A DNA stretch of 63,908 nucleotides, filler included, from Folioceros fuciformis (Eukaryota): NCBI GenBank assembly GCA_049999805.1. It is 5 parts of 4 records of this genome, joined end to end, with 100 filler letters (N's around TTAATTAATTAA, not from the genome) between each part and the next. Parts side by side here need not be neighbours in the genome. Positions count along the whole stretch, not along the records: positions 18,926 to 41,118 come from JBNGIO010004089.1; 4 more parts are not named here. The stretch is one strand, 5' to 3'. Under the pieces are notes generated by a model. The model saw only the letters and a program-made list of their open reading frames with translations. It was not told where the DNA came from and did not search any database. Position numbers and translations under genes: made by a program. How positions within the stretch are numbered: position 1 is the first letter of the stretch; each line of letters begins with the position of its first letter. Shown here in pieces: positions 23,249 to 35,862 of the stretch.

Positions 23249-26098
23249 TTAGCAGGTGCCACTTATAGAAAGAGCCCTGGGTTTGCTGAACTGGCGCCTT
23301 TCCCACAGGGCTGATTGCGGAGGTATGCTGTTTTTCCCCAGAAGAACACATTGCAAACTGTCAGTCCCTTCATCCTGGTTCGGTGTAGATGACTCCGCGC
23401 TGTGCTGCTTGTCATGCTCCTCTGCAATATCTTGTAGAAGGAGGTGGCCTGAATCGGGTCCTGTTGGTTCCTCGTGGGCGGGGTTCTCTCCACCATTGTC
23501 TCGCTCACTGTCGAACATTTCTGGCTCGTTTGTGGTCTGTTCTGGCACACCTCCCGGGTGCGAACCGAACCTGTCAAAAGAAGTCTTCCTGCATCTGATG
23601 AGACAGATATCCCTGCTGGCTTCTTGAGGTGCAGCGGTCTTCTCCCCGGCAGCCTTGGATCTGTACAAGCCGAGAAGAGCTCTCCACCGTCCTTGCTTTA
23701 CCTGGGCCACCGAGGGCAGGGGTGCTTGCGGGGCCTGAGGTTCCGTGACAGATGGACGTACTAGAGGACCTGAGAATGGGGCTTTCGGCTGTGCCCGGGC
23801 CTTCCTTGTGTAAATTGCAGCAGACCAAGTGTGGTGCACGGCATAGGATGCTTCCAGTTTCTCAGGGACATCCGACCTGGCATCACCTTCCCTGGTGCAG
23901 CGCGGGGCTCTTGCCCGCACCCTGCCAATGCAAGTCACCTCCGGAGATGTTGGCTCTTCTGAGCTGTTCTTGTTTTCCTCTGTTCCAGATTCAGTAGATA
24001 CATCTGTGAGAGAGTAAAGAGAGCCCCAACCGTTCCCACCCCGTCGGTGCTCTCTAACTGGGCTCCCAATGCCCCCAAGAAAACCCCATCGCTGGTCCTG
24101 AGTTCCACCACCAGCACCACCAAGGCCTCGTCCCCTGTCAGCACCAGGGCTTCCTACCAGCATTCCAGACCACAGTTCTCTCTCGTGAAGAGGACTTTCA
24201 CCACCTGTTCCCGCGAGTTTCTTCTTCCTCTTCATAGACTGCAAGACCCCAAAGTGTCTTGATTTGTTTTTTGTTTTCTCAGCCTTGACCTCGTCATCTA
24301 CATTGGCAGGCCCAAGACGATCCTCGAAACTGTGCTGCAAGGCTCCTCTTCCAGGGCTTACGAACCCAAAAAATCGTCCATATTGCGTCTTCTCATCTCC
24401 TCTCTTTTGTGTGGATCGATTTCTACCCACCGACGTGACTCTGTCCAGAGTTCGAGCAGGGGTGGCCAAGAGCCCCGCGACATACCTGCTTTTACTCCTC
24501 GAGGATCCAGCAGAATCACCAGGCGCACCGGACACAGATGGGCTAGAATTAGCGCTTCTCACCTTCCTGCCTTGCGCATCACAGACATCGTCGTCGCTCG
24601 CCCTCTCCCGCCTACTACCCTGCTCAAGTTTGCCATCTGACACATCTCTTGAATCATAGCTTACGTCCCTTCCTGGGCGAGCGGACTCCTTCCCCCATGT
24701 TGCAGCCAAGTACTCTGCCATGTGGCCACTGAAGACCTTGCTGCCATCATTGAAGTAGCCACTGTCGAACAGTGCACTGTCACAAGTCTGGGAATCAAAG
24801 TCATTCCCAGTGCTGCCAGACCGATCACTAGTCTTCTGCTGCCGACTCTTGCTCCGAGCCTTGGATGAGAAGGCCTTCTTGAGGAACGTCAGCAGGTTTG
24901 GGCCCTTGAACTGGAAGTGATAGTGCTGCCTCTTGCTACCTTCTGAGGTGTCGGTCAGGATGGTCTCCTGCGGCCCAAGCTTGGAGCTCAAGGTCTCACA
25001 GATCACTCTCGCATGGTCCCTGCTACTGCACTTCATCAGCACGATTGGCCCCGTCTCACTGTCATCCATCACCCTCACCTGCAACCTAGGAAGGTTGGAA
25101 TCGGTGACAACCGGATCCTCAAGATCCTCCATCAGCCTAGCCACCTTCTCCGCCAACTTGTAGTGGCTTGCTGACCCTTCCTTCGAGGAGCCCTTGTTGG
25201 AAGCCTTGCTCGTCGGCACCTGAATCGAGTCCCTCTCCGGATAACCAAGCATGGCAGCAGAAGACATTCGCTCTTCCTCCCGACCGTCGTCGTTGCATCC
25301 ATCTCCGGTGGGCCCCTTCACCGAGGTCGCCGACTCCACGACGTAAATATCCTTCACTGCGACATTGGACTCCTCGCCAGCAGCCGACGGCAAGGCATGC
25401 CTGTTGTCGCTCACAGGAACGTTGTCCGATTCCGAATAACCACTCGCGCCATAGCCAGCGACCGGGCCCTCCGTCCCCCCTCCGATCTGCGCTGCATCAG
25501 GATCAACACGGGCAGTGAGCTCGGGATGAGACGACCCGGACACGATAACCACCGCCTCCTCCTCGCCCTCCGTCTCCTGCACCTTCACCCGCTCCCCAGC
25601 ACGGTTCCCCAATTTTCCCCGCTGCTCGCCTCCATCCGCAGCCCGCCTGCCCTCCAGCGCAGCCTTCCTCTCCGTCCTCCTCACGTGCGCTTCAAGCTTG
25701 AATCGAAGCAAGGCAAGCGCCTCCTTCCTCCTCTCGTTCTCATCCCTCAGCCGAGGCCTCTCCTTCCCGATCTCCTCCCTTTTCCTCTCCACGTCCTCCC
25801 ACCTAATGCTGGTAAGATCTCTATCCATCTTCATCCTCAAGTCCTTAACACTGGCGCTCCGATCAGAGCCCACAGTCTGGTCTCGAACATCCCTCCTCTG
25901 CAAATTTGGCCTCAGGACATCAAGCATGACAGACACCCCCGCGTCCCTCACAGCGTTGTCAGCATCTGTCTCCCGCGTCCTTGACGTCCCAGACCTACTC
26001 CTCTCCACACCTAGGCCTCCATCCCGCGCCCCACCTTCTCCGCCTTGCTTACTAACATCCAGCGCATGCCCCTCCACATCCACCCTTACAGCCGTCAT
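23249..26098 (-). CDS. Large single-exon, largely disordered plant protein (~949 aa) with EPTSPEVTCIGRVR, CLIRCR and LWERR motifs
   Basis: Uninterrupted ORF with first ATG at 26098. The EPTSPxVxCIGxVR motif is typical of an uncharacterised land-plant family, and there is an N-terminal coiled-coil-like charged region. Confidence 0.8.
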   Translation of the reverse strand: MTAVRVDVEGHALDVSKQGGEGGARDGGLGVERSRSGTSRTRETDADNAVRDAGVSVMLDVLRPNLQRRDVRDQTVGSDRSASVKDLRMKMDRDLTSIRWEDVERKREEIGKERPRLRDENERRKEALALLRFKLEAHVRRTERKAALEGRRAADGGEQRGKLGNRAGERVKVQETEGEEEAVVIVSGSSHPELTARVDPDAAQIGGGTEGPVAGYGASGYSESDNVPVSDNRHALPSAAGEESNVAVKDIYVVESATSVKGPTGDGCNDDGREEERMSSAAMLGYPERDSIQVPTSKASNKGSSKEGSASHYKLAEKVARLMEDLEDPVVTDSNLPRLQVRVMDDSETGPIVLMKCSSRDHARVICETLSSKLGPQETILTDTSEGSKRQHYHFQFKGPNLLTFLKKAFSSKARSKSRQQKTSDRSGSTGNDFDSQTCDSALFDSGYFNDGSKVFSGHMAEYLAATWGKESARPGRDVSYDSRDVSDGKLEQGSRRERASDDDVCDAQGRKVRSANSSPSVSGAPGDSAGSSRSKSRYVAGLLATPARTLDRVTSVGRNRSTQKRGDEKTQYGRFFGFVSPGRGALQHSFEDRLGPANVDDEVKAEKTKNKSRHFGVLQSMKRKKKLAGTGGESPLHERELWSGMLVGSPGADRGRGLGGAGGGTQDQRWGFLGGIGSPVREHRRGGNGWGSLYSLTDVSTESGTEENKNSSEEPTSPEVTCIGRVRARAPRCTREGDARSDVPEKLEASYAVHHTWSAAIYTRKARAQPKAPFSGPLVRPSVTEPQAPQAPLPSVAQVKQGRWRALLGLYRSKAAGEKTAAPQEASRDICLIRCRKTSFDRFGSHPGGVPEQTTNEPEMFDSERDNGGENPAHEEPTGPDSGHLLLQDIAEEHDKQHSAESSTPNQDEGTDSLQCVLLGKNSIPPQSALWERRQFSKPRALSISGTC

Positions 26099-29000
26099 GA
26101 TCTCTGTCTCCAGCACCCACAAAAAAGCAACTCACCCTCCCCTGCTACAAAATTCCTCTCAACACCTCCCTCCCATCCCAAACACACAACGACCCGACAT
26201 CCCTCATCCTGCCTCCCAAACACACAAAGCACCTCCCACACCCAGCAGCAGCGGTCAGAAAACGTGAGGCCCCAGCGCCCGAATTGGCGATAACGAATTC
26301 AGCACATCTGAAAGACCAGCAACGCCGCCTTCCTCACCCCGCTCGGACGCACCTAGTCTGCAGCAGCGACATACTCTACCGCTCAAACCTCAAACCAAAT
26401 CGCCCCAATCACCATCCCCGGCCTCCAAAGGACAACAGGACCACCGTACGCGTAGAAGTGAAAGAAGAAGCGCAGCCGTGTCCTGGCCTGGCCCGCCCTG
26501 CTGCCTCCCTTGCTCGCCCCCTCCCTGACCTGTCTCTCACTCAAAGCTCAGAAGGCCGTGGCTGCCACCAGAAATGGGAGACGGGTCTGCAAATGCCAAG
26601 GCATTTAAAGCTTCCCAGATCGGTCGTAAGATCGGATTGGCCTGGACCCGTGGTCAGCAAGCGTCGTGCGCGGATGCTGCTGTCCAACACACTGCATACA
26701 AACTAAACTAAGCTACAGTGCAGCCCCCGAGCACAGGTGCAGACATCACACACATGTCGGTCCTCCTCCCGCAGATGCACCTCGTGGCCTTCACTGCTCG
26801 CAACCCATGCAGCCGGAACTGGGCCTTCGTCAGTCAAACAGCGTGTGAGAGACTCGCGAGGAATTGACATGCGCCAGGCCCAGGCCGCGTGAAAACGAAA
26901 CCCGAAACACTACAACCTAATCCACCACACCCATCATCAAACACACATACTTAAGCGATTTCTATTTTCGACTGCCCCTTGCCGGCTCCCGGGATTCGAG
27001 CCCCGGATCTGCGCCTTCCCAGGCGTGCGCTCTTATCTGGGAAACTCGCTTGTCGCTCAGAGACCATCTCCCCTGCATCGTTTCGCCTCCGGCGATGCGC
27101 AGTAAAAAAGCATCGCAACAACAGTAGCCCCGTTCGTTACCTCAGGTGCACTGCACACCCGTGCCTGCCCGGACAACCGGTCCCGGGTAGGCGTCAGTCG
27201 TGCGGACGGCGACCGGCCTGTCCGGCAGCAAGTTCAGGTCGCGGTCACGACCCGGTCACGAGAGGCAGAGGTAGGTGATCAGGAATCGGGAGGTCAGGCA
27301 CCCCGTTGGCGAAATGCCTAGAGAGAGAAACAGTCGCTGCCCGCGAATTGACCTGACGTGACGTGACCTGGCCGACTCCTGACCGACTCGGCCACTGGCG
27401 GGCCGCCTCATGCACAAAGATGTACGAATCACGATACGCAAGCCGAGACCCAAAGCTATCCCAAAGGCCGGGCCGCCACAGGCCAAAAGCCAAAAAGGGG
27501 TGTATGTATGGGACCAGACCGGGGCCCGAGCCCGGGGCCCGGCCCAACAAGCGCCGTCCTTTCTACCCAACCCACTTTCCGTTTATTTAATAACGTCCCA
27601 CCATCCGGCAACTTCGTGCTTTAATTAAAGGCGTTTGAATTACAAACATGCCTATGTAGGAGTTCATGCATGAGGAACAAAGAAGGGAAGCCCAGGATTC
27701 CAGGTCTGTGCTCCGTCAGATCGGTAGTGAGCGCGGGAAACACGCAAATCGTTTCCAGGCGCCCATGCAGATCTTTCCACCAGAGGTCACGAAATCGGCG
27801 CACTGGTTGGAAGGGAAGATGGAGATATGTACATACATCCGCAGATATGTACAAATGGTGGTCACCTTTTCCCAACTCGCACGCACAAGCGACAGTCCCG
27901 GCCTCCTGTGGCTCCACGTAAGGGAAGCAAGTGAAGTCGGAAGGGGTTGGTTGGGTCACTTGGGCGGATCGAATCCTCGAGTGATTGGCTCTTGCAGTGT
28001 TAAATAAAAGGTCTGTGCCGGCATCCAAGACTCGGGACTCTCGTGTTCGATTGACCACTCATATTATAGGACCGTTAACCGGCCACTAAGCATCGCGTTC
28101 ACATTCCTTGGTCAGCCACTGAAGTCTCAGCCAGGATGGGATTCGAATATCGTCGGGGAATGGCATCGTCACCGGCAGATCCGTGCGTCATGCTGTACAT
28201 ACATACAGTCTGAGCACACACTACTTTACAACGGACCTCCTTGACGAGGATTGGCGACATGAGTTGGGCTGGTCCTGGTGGCTGGGGTAGGAAAGGTGGA
28301 AAAGCGCCAAGTGGGGAGTACAGTTATGAGGCAGGGGTACCGGGACGGAGCTCTATTAAATGGACCTCTCCGGACACCATGGATTTGTGCAGAGCACGAG
28401 ACGCTTGTGATAAGGTTGAACAGGTGAAGCCATGGCCCGCATTCATGGCCATGGCTGGAACTGGGGCTTTGGGCTCTTTCGCTCGTTGCTGGGCCTAGAC
28501 GTTGGTTGACTCGATCCCCCATTTGCGGCGTCGCCTTCATTCCTCCACTACAAACATATTCCCCTGAAACTGTCCGGGAACTCACCTTTCAGGTACTGTA
28601 CATAATGTGCATAGTGTGCAGCACAGTGAAGGGGAGCAGCCTGCACGAGTACGTTATTCACTGCGTCTTCTTACACAGAAAGGAGACGGGCATTAGGCTA
28701 GTACCTCTCATAGTTTCTTGTGCTCTGTTTTTTTAGATCAATAATGAGTAGGAAGTTGCAAAGTGTGTCCAGTCCAGCACATGGAGATTTGTTAGAGTGG
28801 GAGGTTACAAGAAGCCCTTCTAGTACAAAGACAACAAACAAACAATGTGGGGGAGTTGAAGGGAAGGGGCCTAAAAAGTGTGGCTAACTAGAGGTCTCTT
28901 CAACAACAAAAGGAAGGAGAATTGGATTGGAATAATCCAAGCCAAGGGGACTGCAAAAGTATGTAGCTAAGTAGAGGCCCCGTCCTACTAACGATCTTGT

Positions 29001-29978
29001 TGCTCAACCACACAAACAAGCGAAAACGCTACGGAATTCGCATCCTCAGGTAAATCATTGCGTTGCAAGGATAGGCTACTCTGTACGGTTGAGGTTTGTC
29101 ATGAACCAGCCTTTGCAAATTGGGCTATGGCCTTGTTGACAACAGCCTGTTACAAGTGTGTGATAGTGGAGTCCTCTGCAGGGTAACACTTCGGACACGT
29201 CCACGTCCCAGCCAATCGAGGCAGGGCAACTATGCTCCCAGGCTCCTGAAAACTCTCGTCAGGGCCCCAAGGCCTCGTGTTGCCACTAGACCATCGCCGG
29301 TGTAAAGTAGTGGGTTCCATGAGTCCATGGAAGCTTTCAATTATCTGTGCGGTTCCCGAATCCCTACCTTTTCAGACAGTCCATGTGCATTCTAAAAGCT
29401 TGTGCTAAATATCAAGGAGTGCACACGCTTCCTTGTCCTCCTTTTGTGTCATGAATCTTGAACTTTATCACCCACAGAAATCTGATGTGGCAGTAGGAAA
29501 AGGACTTTCGGGGACCACTGCAAGCATCTGTTGCGGTAGACTCCTTTAATCGTCGCCTGTTTAGCATCATCAGTTCGGGAAACTTGAGATTCGACCTTGA
29601 TGATATTGGTAGGTCGAATCTAGCCCTTCTCAGTGGCTGCGGAGCAAGAATGCATAGGACTGGGGATGGCGGATTCTACAAAGCTGAAACAACCATCAAC
29701 GGCAAAACGCAGGCTTCACATGAAGTTGGCACGGGTAGCAGGTAAGGAGATGGTGAGAACGGCAACTCCCTCATCAAACCTTCCAAGACACCGTTCCTCA
29801 GTGTTCCCGTACACAGGTAGACGTCAATATTTGGGTGGCTCGTCTCCATCATCTTCACCTCGGTTGCGCACTTTGGGCAGTTCTTCGTGCTGTGGAAATA
29901 CCATTTCCCGAGGTCAGCTAGGCTTAACAGTTTTACCCCCCGTCTGCGGAACGCTCACGGGACAGTAGGCTGTGAAGT

Positions 29979-30458
29979 ATGATCACCCCCGATATCTCAG
30001 TGGAGGAGGAACTAGAAGCTTCAAAACATGAAGGTCGTCCCATCACGAAAGAGGGCTTGAGGAAGAGTGCTGTCACCTGGACCGGCCACGAGGAGAGCTT
30101 AAAGATGGCAGCTGCACTCATGGAAGAATTCCAGCTCCCCGGAGGCCTCTTGCCGTTGCAGGACGTGGTGGAGCTTGGCTTCGAAAGGGCCACAGGCTAC
30201 TTTTGGATTGTGCAGAAAAAGAGAATCGAGCATCATTTTAAGGTTATTGGGAAGCTCGTTGCTTATGCCCCTGACATCAGTGGCTTTCTGGAAAAGCATC
30301 GCATCAAGAAAGTGTCTGGTGTCAAAGGCAAGGAGTTTCTGCTTTGGGTACCTGTTGGAGACATCTCGCTGGATCCATCCTCTGGGAAGATCCACTTCAA
30401 GAGTCTTGCAGGTATCACCAAGACCTTTCCCGTGGAAGCATTTGCTGTAGGACAGTGA
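29979..30458 (+). CDS. DUF538 family protein (159 aa)
   Basis: LMEEFQLPGGLLPL, GFERATGYFW, HHFKVIGKLVAYA, IKKVSGVKGKEFLLWVPV and GITKTFPVEAF are canonical DUF538 features. Confidence 0.92.
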   Translation: MITPDISVEEELEASKHEGRPITKEGLRKSAVTWTGHEESLKMAAALMEEFQLPGGLLPLQDVVELGFERATGYFWIVQKKRIEHHFKVIGKLVAYAPDISGFLEKHRIKKVSGVKGKEFLLWVPVGDISLDPSSGKIHFKSLAGITKTFPVEAFAVGQ

Positions 30459-30812
30459 CACAATGACAGGCTTTCCATCTATAGAGATTCACGGGAAAGT
30501 TCATATTTGATTTGGTGAAAAAACCATACATAGACCACTTTCAACAGCAAACCTTGGTCTGATTCTGGTGGACACCAGCAACGAGAGCATCTGAACCATT
30601 AAGTTGAAGTAATGTCAATCTAAACTTGCAAGCAATGGATGAGGTGAATTTCCCTCGTCTCTAATAAATCTTTTCAGAACTAGTCTAAGCAAGAAAGCGA
30701 AACAGTCCCTTTGCACACATTGCAACGGACCCCTTGTCAACAATGTCTTCAACACGGAACATGCAGATGAGCTCCAATCCTTTCACTCCACCACCCGGTG
30801 TACATAAGACCA

Positions 30813-32592
30813 TCAACAAATAAATATACGGCGGTCAGGCAGGGCATCCACAAGATTGAAATAGTTGACATCAGCCACCACGTTACCAAAATCATCTGTT
30901 GCACCCATTGTAAACCTTCAGTCGGAATCAGAACAATCTGGCAGAAAGAAGCTCAATCAGCCCCAGGAATAAAACACTTACACTCAGATATTGTCCGCAC
31001 AAGGTCTAGATATTCAGGAATGAGCTCCCTAAACAGTACACCCGCAGGATTCGCATCTAGTATAAACAGAGCACCTGCATGCCAGGTTGGGAGCAAGCGA
31101 TAATGGAAAAACACAGTCCAACAAGCATGACAGTTCCTACAAAATCCTCATCAATACCTGGAGCAAGCCAACGTGCTGAGCCGGTTGCGTTCGAAAAGCC
31201 AGGGTAAGGAGCTAACCACAGGATATTTCGCAGATCCATACTCTCATCGAAAGCCACAGTTGAGCCTGATTCATAGTAACAGGTCACAAATCTAGTTAGT
31301 GTGGCCTGACTCCGGGGTATCAATGACGACAAGAGGACAAGAAATAGTTCGACGCTCGTACTCAACTGCACATTGATTGCCTGAAAGGATAGAGCTAAAT
31401 GCTCATACCTGTTTGGCAATACCCAAGGTTGTAGGGAAAGTTCTTCTGATCTAAGACTGGATATTCACGGGCATGAAACCTGCACAGGAATAAGTCTACA
31501 TTCACGTCAACCAGCTGTTCCGACAAGCCTTAAAAATCCCTTATGTCACAAGGCACTTACAAAATTCCCAGTCTTCCAGTGTCAAAAGCTAGAAAAACAT
31601 GACCATGAAAAAGGTCAAAACGGCTCAATGATACATTGAAGCCGGCAGCTGGTGCAAGCACATTGATGGTCTGGAAGAGCGTTGCCATATAAGCATTCAG
31701 GTCCTGCAAAGGCGAAGAAAATCCATAAGGTCCTTCTCACGGCGCAAAGGCTTCGAGCACGCTTCTCAGGAAGGAAGAAATGTACAGAACTTACGCTTTC
31801 ATAAAACCTCAGGCCGTAGTCATACTTGGTCAGAGAGCAACGGTTTGCAAACGATCCTTCTACATCTGGGATCTGCAAAGGAGATCATAGAGCCGGAATG
31901 TCGGAAATCAGGACACCTCACTTGGGCTTCCCAAGCTTTCCAGACTACGAGAAATCCCTGGGAGCAGAAGTCACTGGAGGAGAGGATATTGCAGTGGCAG
32001 TCTGTCAGGGAGAGTCACAAACATCAAATTTTTCTGGACTGAGAGCGGTCATAAAAGCTGATGGATCTCCTCCGAATTGAACTACTCTCTTGGCCAAGTC
32101 CATCACAGCTCTCGGAGGCCATCGAATAAGACGTTCCAGAACCCGATGAGATCCCTGTCGGGTCCTCCTGGTGTCATAATGGTTTCCGACAGGATCCTTG
32201 AGTTTAGACCACGGCAGATCCAACCCATCTTCGTCAATGAACTCTGCCGCCACCCGTCGTCGCAACGGAACGAGCAGACGGACACAGGACAACAGGTCCG
32301 AAGACCTTGAACTATCTACAGAAGCTGCCATTTCTGCTCCGCTGAACAAAGCAATCAACTGGGATGCGCATTTTCTAGCAATCTCAGATTGCTGTGCAGA
32401 AGATGAAAGCGTAGCAGTCTTTGAATCGGAGTACTGATGTGCAACCCTTGGCAATGCAGGAATCTTTGACACAGCACTTCCTGGCAAGCAGACGGTCTGA
32501 AGACGGGGTAACAATGCTTTGCTCGCTGCCTGTGCATCAAGTGGCAAACGGCAAGCAAACAACATCACCAGAAGGAATAAAATCTGATGCAT
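30813..32592 (-). CDS. Conserved uncharacterised plant protein with signal peptide, multi-exon
   Basis: MHQILFLLVMLFAC signal peptide. Spliced segments IPDVEGSFANRCSLTKYDYG, FHAREYP, MDLRNILWLAP, LDANPAGVLFRELIPEY and DDFGNVVADVNY...RIFIC* are separated by GT-AG introns. Confidence 0.75.
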
Positions 32593-32778
32593 ATCAGCAA
32601 CTTCAGCGTCTCCCAAGCCCCTATGATCTGCGGCGCAGTTGTTGGACAGGCTTATTAGCCTTCGCGCTAATCAGTGGCTGCGCTCCAAATGACGTTTCCA
32701 TCGCTCCCAGAAAGTCTACTCCCGGGTTTTAGGTCAGGGGCAATCGTTTCCAACAAATCCGTCCGACCCACATCCAGA

Positions 32779-34317
32779 ATGACGGAATCGTCGGCTTTGG
32801 AGCTGGTCCTGCCATGGTTAACAGCCCAAGAGCTAGCGTCCGTGGCCTCGGTGAACAGAGCCTTGGCTGCAGCAGTAAGGCAGGTGACTTGGGTACGTTC
32901 GGAGGACGTTGCACAGGGCAAAGAAAAATGGAAGGTTCCCGTTTTCAACCAGGTGGATGCGTGTCGCTATCCCTACTTTCAGTATACCAGACATTCCGTG
33001 GTGTTCTCACCTTCACCTCTCCAATCCAGGAATCGATGGGGCTCACTGCTGGCTGAGCCATCCAGTGTAGTCTCTGAATCGACTGCTTCATCTCCTGATA
33101 GGCTTGGAGGCAGCATGCGGACCAAATCGAAGGGAAAGCTTGCAGAACATTCCGGGTCATCAGAGGTGGAGAAGCACCGACAATGTGATGTGCTATTCTG
33201 CAACGGAGATGCGGTTGGGTGCAGTTGCTCAGAAGATTGCGCTGTGGATCGAATGGATGATGTGACACCGTTCTCTGGAGGTTTGTGCTACAAAGGTTCT
33301 CTTTGCTTTGTCTCAGTCCACTGAATTCGCGCTGAGGTCTTAGGTTCCTTCTGTAGCTCATGCGTCATGTGGCCATGTCTCTGCAGGTAGCTCAAGAGAG
33401 GAGTGTAGAATTACAGGAATTGCAAGCGGAAAGAGGAAGGTAGGAATGAATAGGGACAACGACGCCGTGCCCTCGCGTGAAAGTCTCTGTAGATGTGGAA
33501 GGCTGATCGGAGGCGAACTGGCTTATGACAGGAACTCCAGGCTGCGAGTACTAACAGAAGCTTTGGAGACAGGATACCCTTCCTCTGAAAGTAGCCTTCC
33601 TGACGGGATTGAAAGGGACCTTGATGAAGATAGTGACGAAGATTCTGAGATTGACGAGGGTCCTCCCTTGGTGATGGAATGTGGAAGTGGTTGCGCTTGC
33701 AGATCTTGGTGTGCCCTTAGGGTCTCGCAACACGGGCTGGCGGTGCGGGTGAGCCTTGTGAGAAGCCCCCTGAAAGGATGGTGCCTTCATGCAGCCCAGT
33801 TCATTGCAGCGGGGTCATTTTTGTGTGAATATGCAGGTCAGTGCATGGACGTTTTGGTGAGAACTTTATGCAGAGTGCTCTGTACTGGAATGGTGTCTCA
33901 CAAACATTGCTTTTGCCAGGCGAGCTGCTGCCCACTAAAGAAGCTAAACAGAGGCAAAAGGTTTATGAAGAAACTCTGGCACCTGGGAGAAGACGCCATG
34001 GCCCTGCTCTTCTGATACTCAAGGAGCACTTACCGTCAGGTCGGGCTTGCCTGCGGGTGAATGTGGATGGTACCAGTATCGGGAATGTGGCTAGGTTCAT
34101 CAATCATTCATGTGATGGCGGAAACTTATATCCCTGCTTGATTCGGGCTGCTGGTTCGTTCATTCCAAAGCTAGGCTTCTTTGCTAGACGAAACATACTG
34201 GATGGGGATGAACTATCATACTGCTATGGTGCAGATACGACTGACGGTGCAGCATGTCGCCCGTGTTTTTGTGGATCTCCTGTTTGCCAGGGAATTCTAC
34301 CATCAGAAGCTACCTGA
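32779..34317 (+). CDS. SUVR3: Histone-lysine N-methyltransferase SUVR3/SDG20-like, 3 exons: 32779-33280, 33387-33836, 33920-34317
   Basis: N-terminal LVLPWL..ELASVA and VPVFNQVD..YPYFQY; pre-SET ECGSGCAC; SET KGWCLHA..FLCEYAGE, NVARFINHSCDGGNL and ELSYCYG; post-SET CFCGSPVCQGILP. An upstream in-frame ATG at 32689 is an alternative start. Confidence 0.9.
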
Positions 34318-35862
34318 TGAAGTCGTGTGCCTTGCCACTCCATGGGTAGAGGGGTTTCCTTTCATCTCCTTACCATTACATTTACCTACAGTCAGTCGAA
34401 TCACTACATTCATATTTGGTGGAACTGACACTGATGGTTAGGAGGCGATATCACACGAAGGCAAAGCTAGCCTTGACGTTATCCGAGATCCTCGGCTTAC
34501 CCCGAAGAACCAAAGGATCCTCTGCTACTTGTTCATATTTCACCTTTCTTCATATTTCCTCTTTTCCTCCTTGGCCCCGGCATTAGATGAAGTCCTGCAC
34601 GTTTTCTTCAGAAAACGCACTGTACTGTCTGCTCTCGACGAGGCCCTCTGACACAGGTAGCGCGCATCTGGGATCAGCCTCCCAAGGAATCCACCGATGG
34701 CCTGCAGTCCGCGATTGAGGCACTCCGTGCCTTTACCCGATTTTATGTGTTGGCGCCTGTTTCCACCAGAACAACATGTGATGTTTTTTTGTATGTGTTT
34801 GTTGTGACACCCAAACACGTAAAACAGAGCGGATGGATACTGTGTTCACAAGCCTTGCACTATCTACACGTAAAGAGGACAAAGCACAAAGTTGAGCTTC
34901 ATGGGTGTGAATAATGCGGTTTTGCAGACTCGGTTCCGCATATCCGTGTGGGGTTTCCTACCACCTTTGAACGTATGTACGTATATTGTAGAGTAACATC
35001 GTACACGGGTACTGTACCAAATAGTTTCTACTCTAAGTAACTGAAAGTCATAAGTTTCTACTCCTAGCAAATTAAATTTCTGCAATGCGGAATCTACCCA
35101 CGGTTACGACAACAGGACTAATAAGGCCCGGTGCCAATGCCGAGGTAGGATTGTAGGCTGGTGCCTAAGTTGCGGAAGCCTGGGTTCATGTGTCTGCATT
35201 GCCATCTCCTTTCCTTCCGGTCTAGATGACGGTGTGTCGGAGCTCCCTTCTCTGTCCTTATTCTGATTCCGATGAGAATCCGTACTTGGCAACTCCAATA
35301 GTGTCCCGGCCATTTCTCTTCGACTCGAATAGCATGAGGTTCACAGTTGTGCTTACAGCAAACAATATGATGAACAGACCGCAGACCAGCTCCTCGTTGG
35401 GCCCACTGGCATACAGTCCACACCAGATCGACTAATGTACTCCAAGGTCATGAGTTGATGACATATAGACGTGGCCGACGGATGCAGCAGATGCGCAAAC
35501 TGCGTGATGAAGGTCACAGTGATGGGACTGGCACAGTGATGGCATGGAGCCGCTCGGGAGCGTAACCCGATGGTAAGCGTCTTTCTGTGGCCGAAGGCCG
35601 GTAACTTAAAGGTCACTTCTATGTTGACTGACCATCATAGCTTCGGTCACACTCCCACCGTGGCCAGCCAATAGCTCCATCGGTTTAGCGTCCATGATAG
35701 TTATCTTGAGTGGACATTGAATCCACTGCCTGCAGACATACAGTACTTCCGTCCTCAAATCAGAGTGCTGACATGGTGATGATCTTGACTGGACATTATC
35801 AGGTATAATACAGTATTCTTTTCTTTGAATCCACTGCATTATTACTGTACTTCCTTGCCCAA

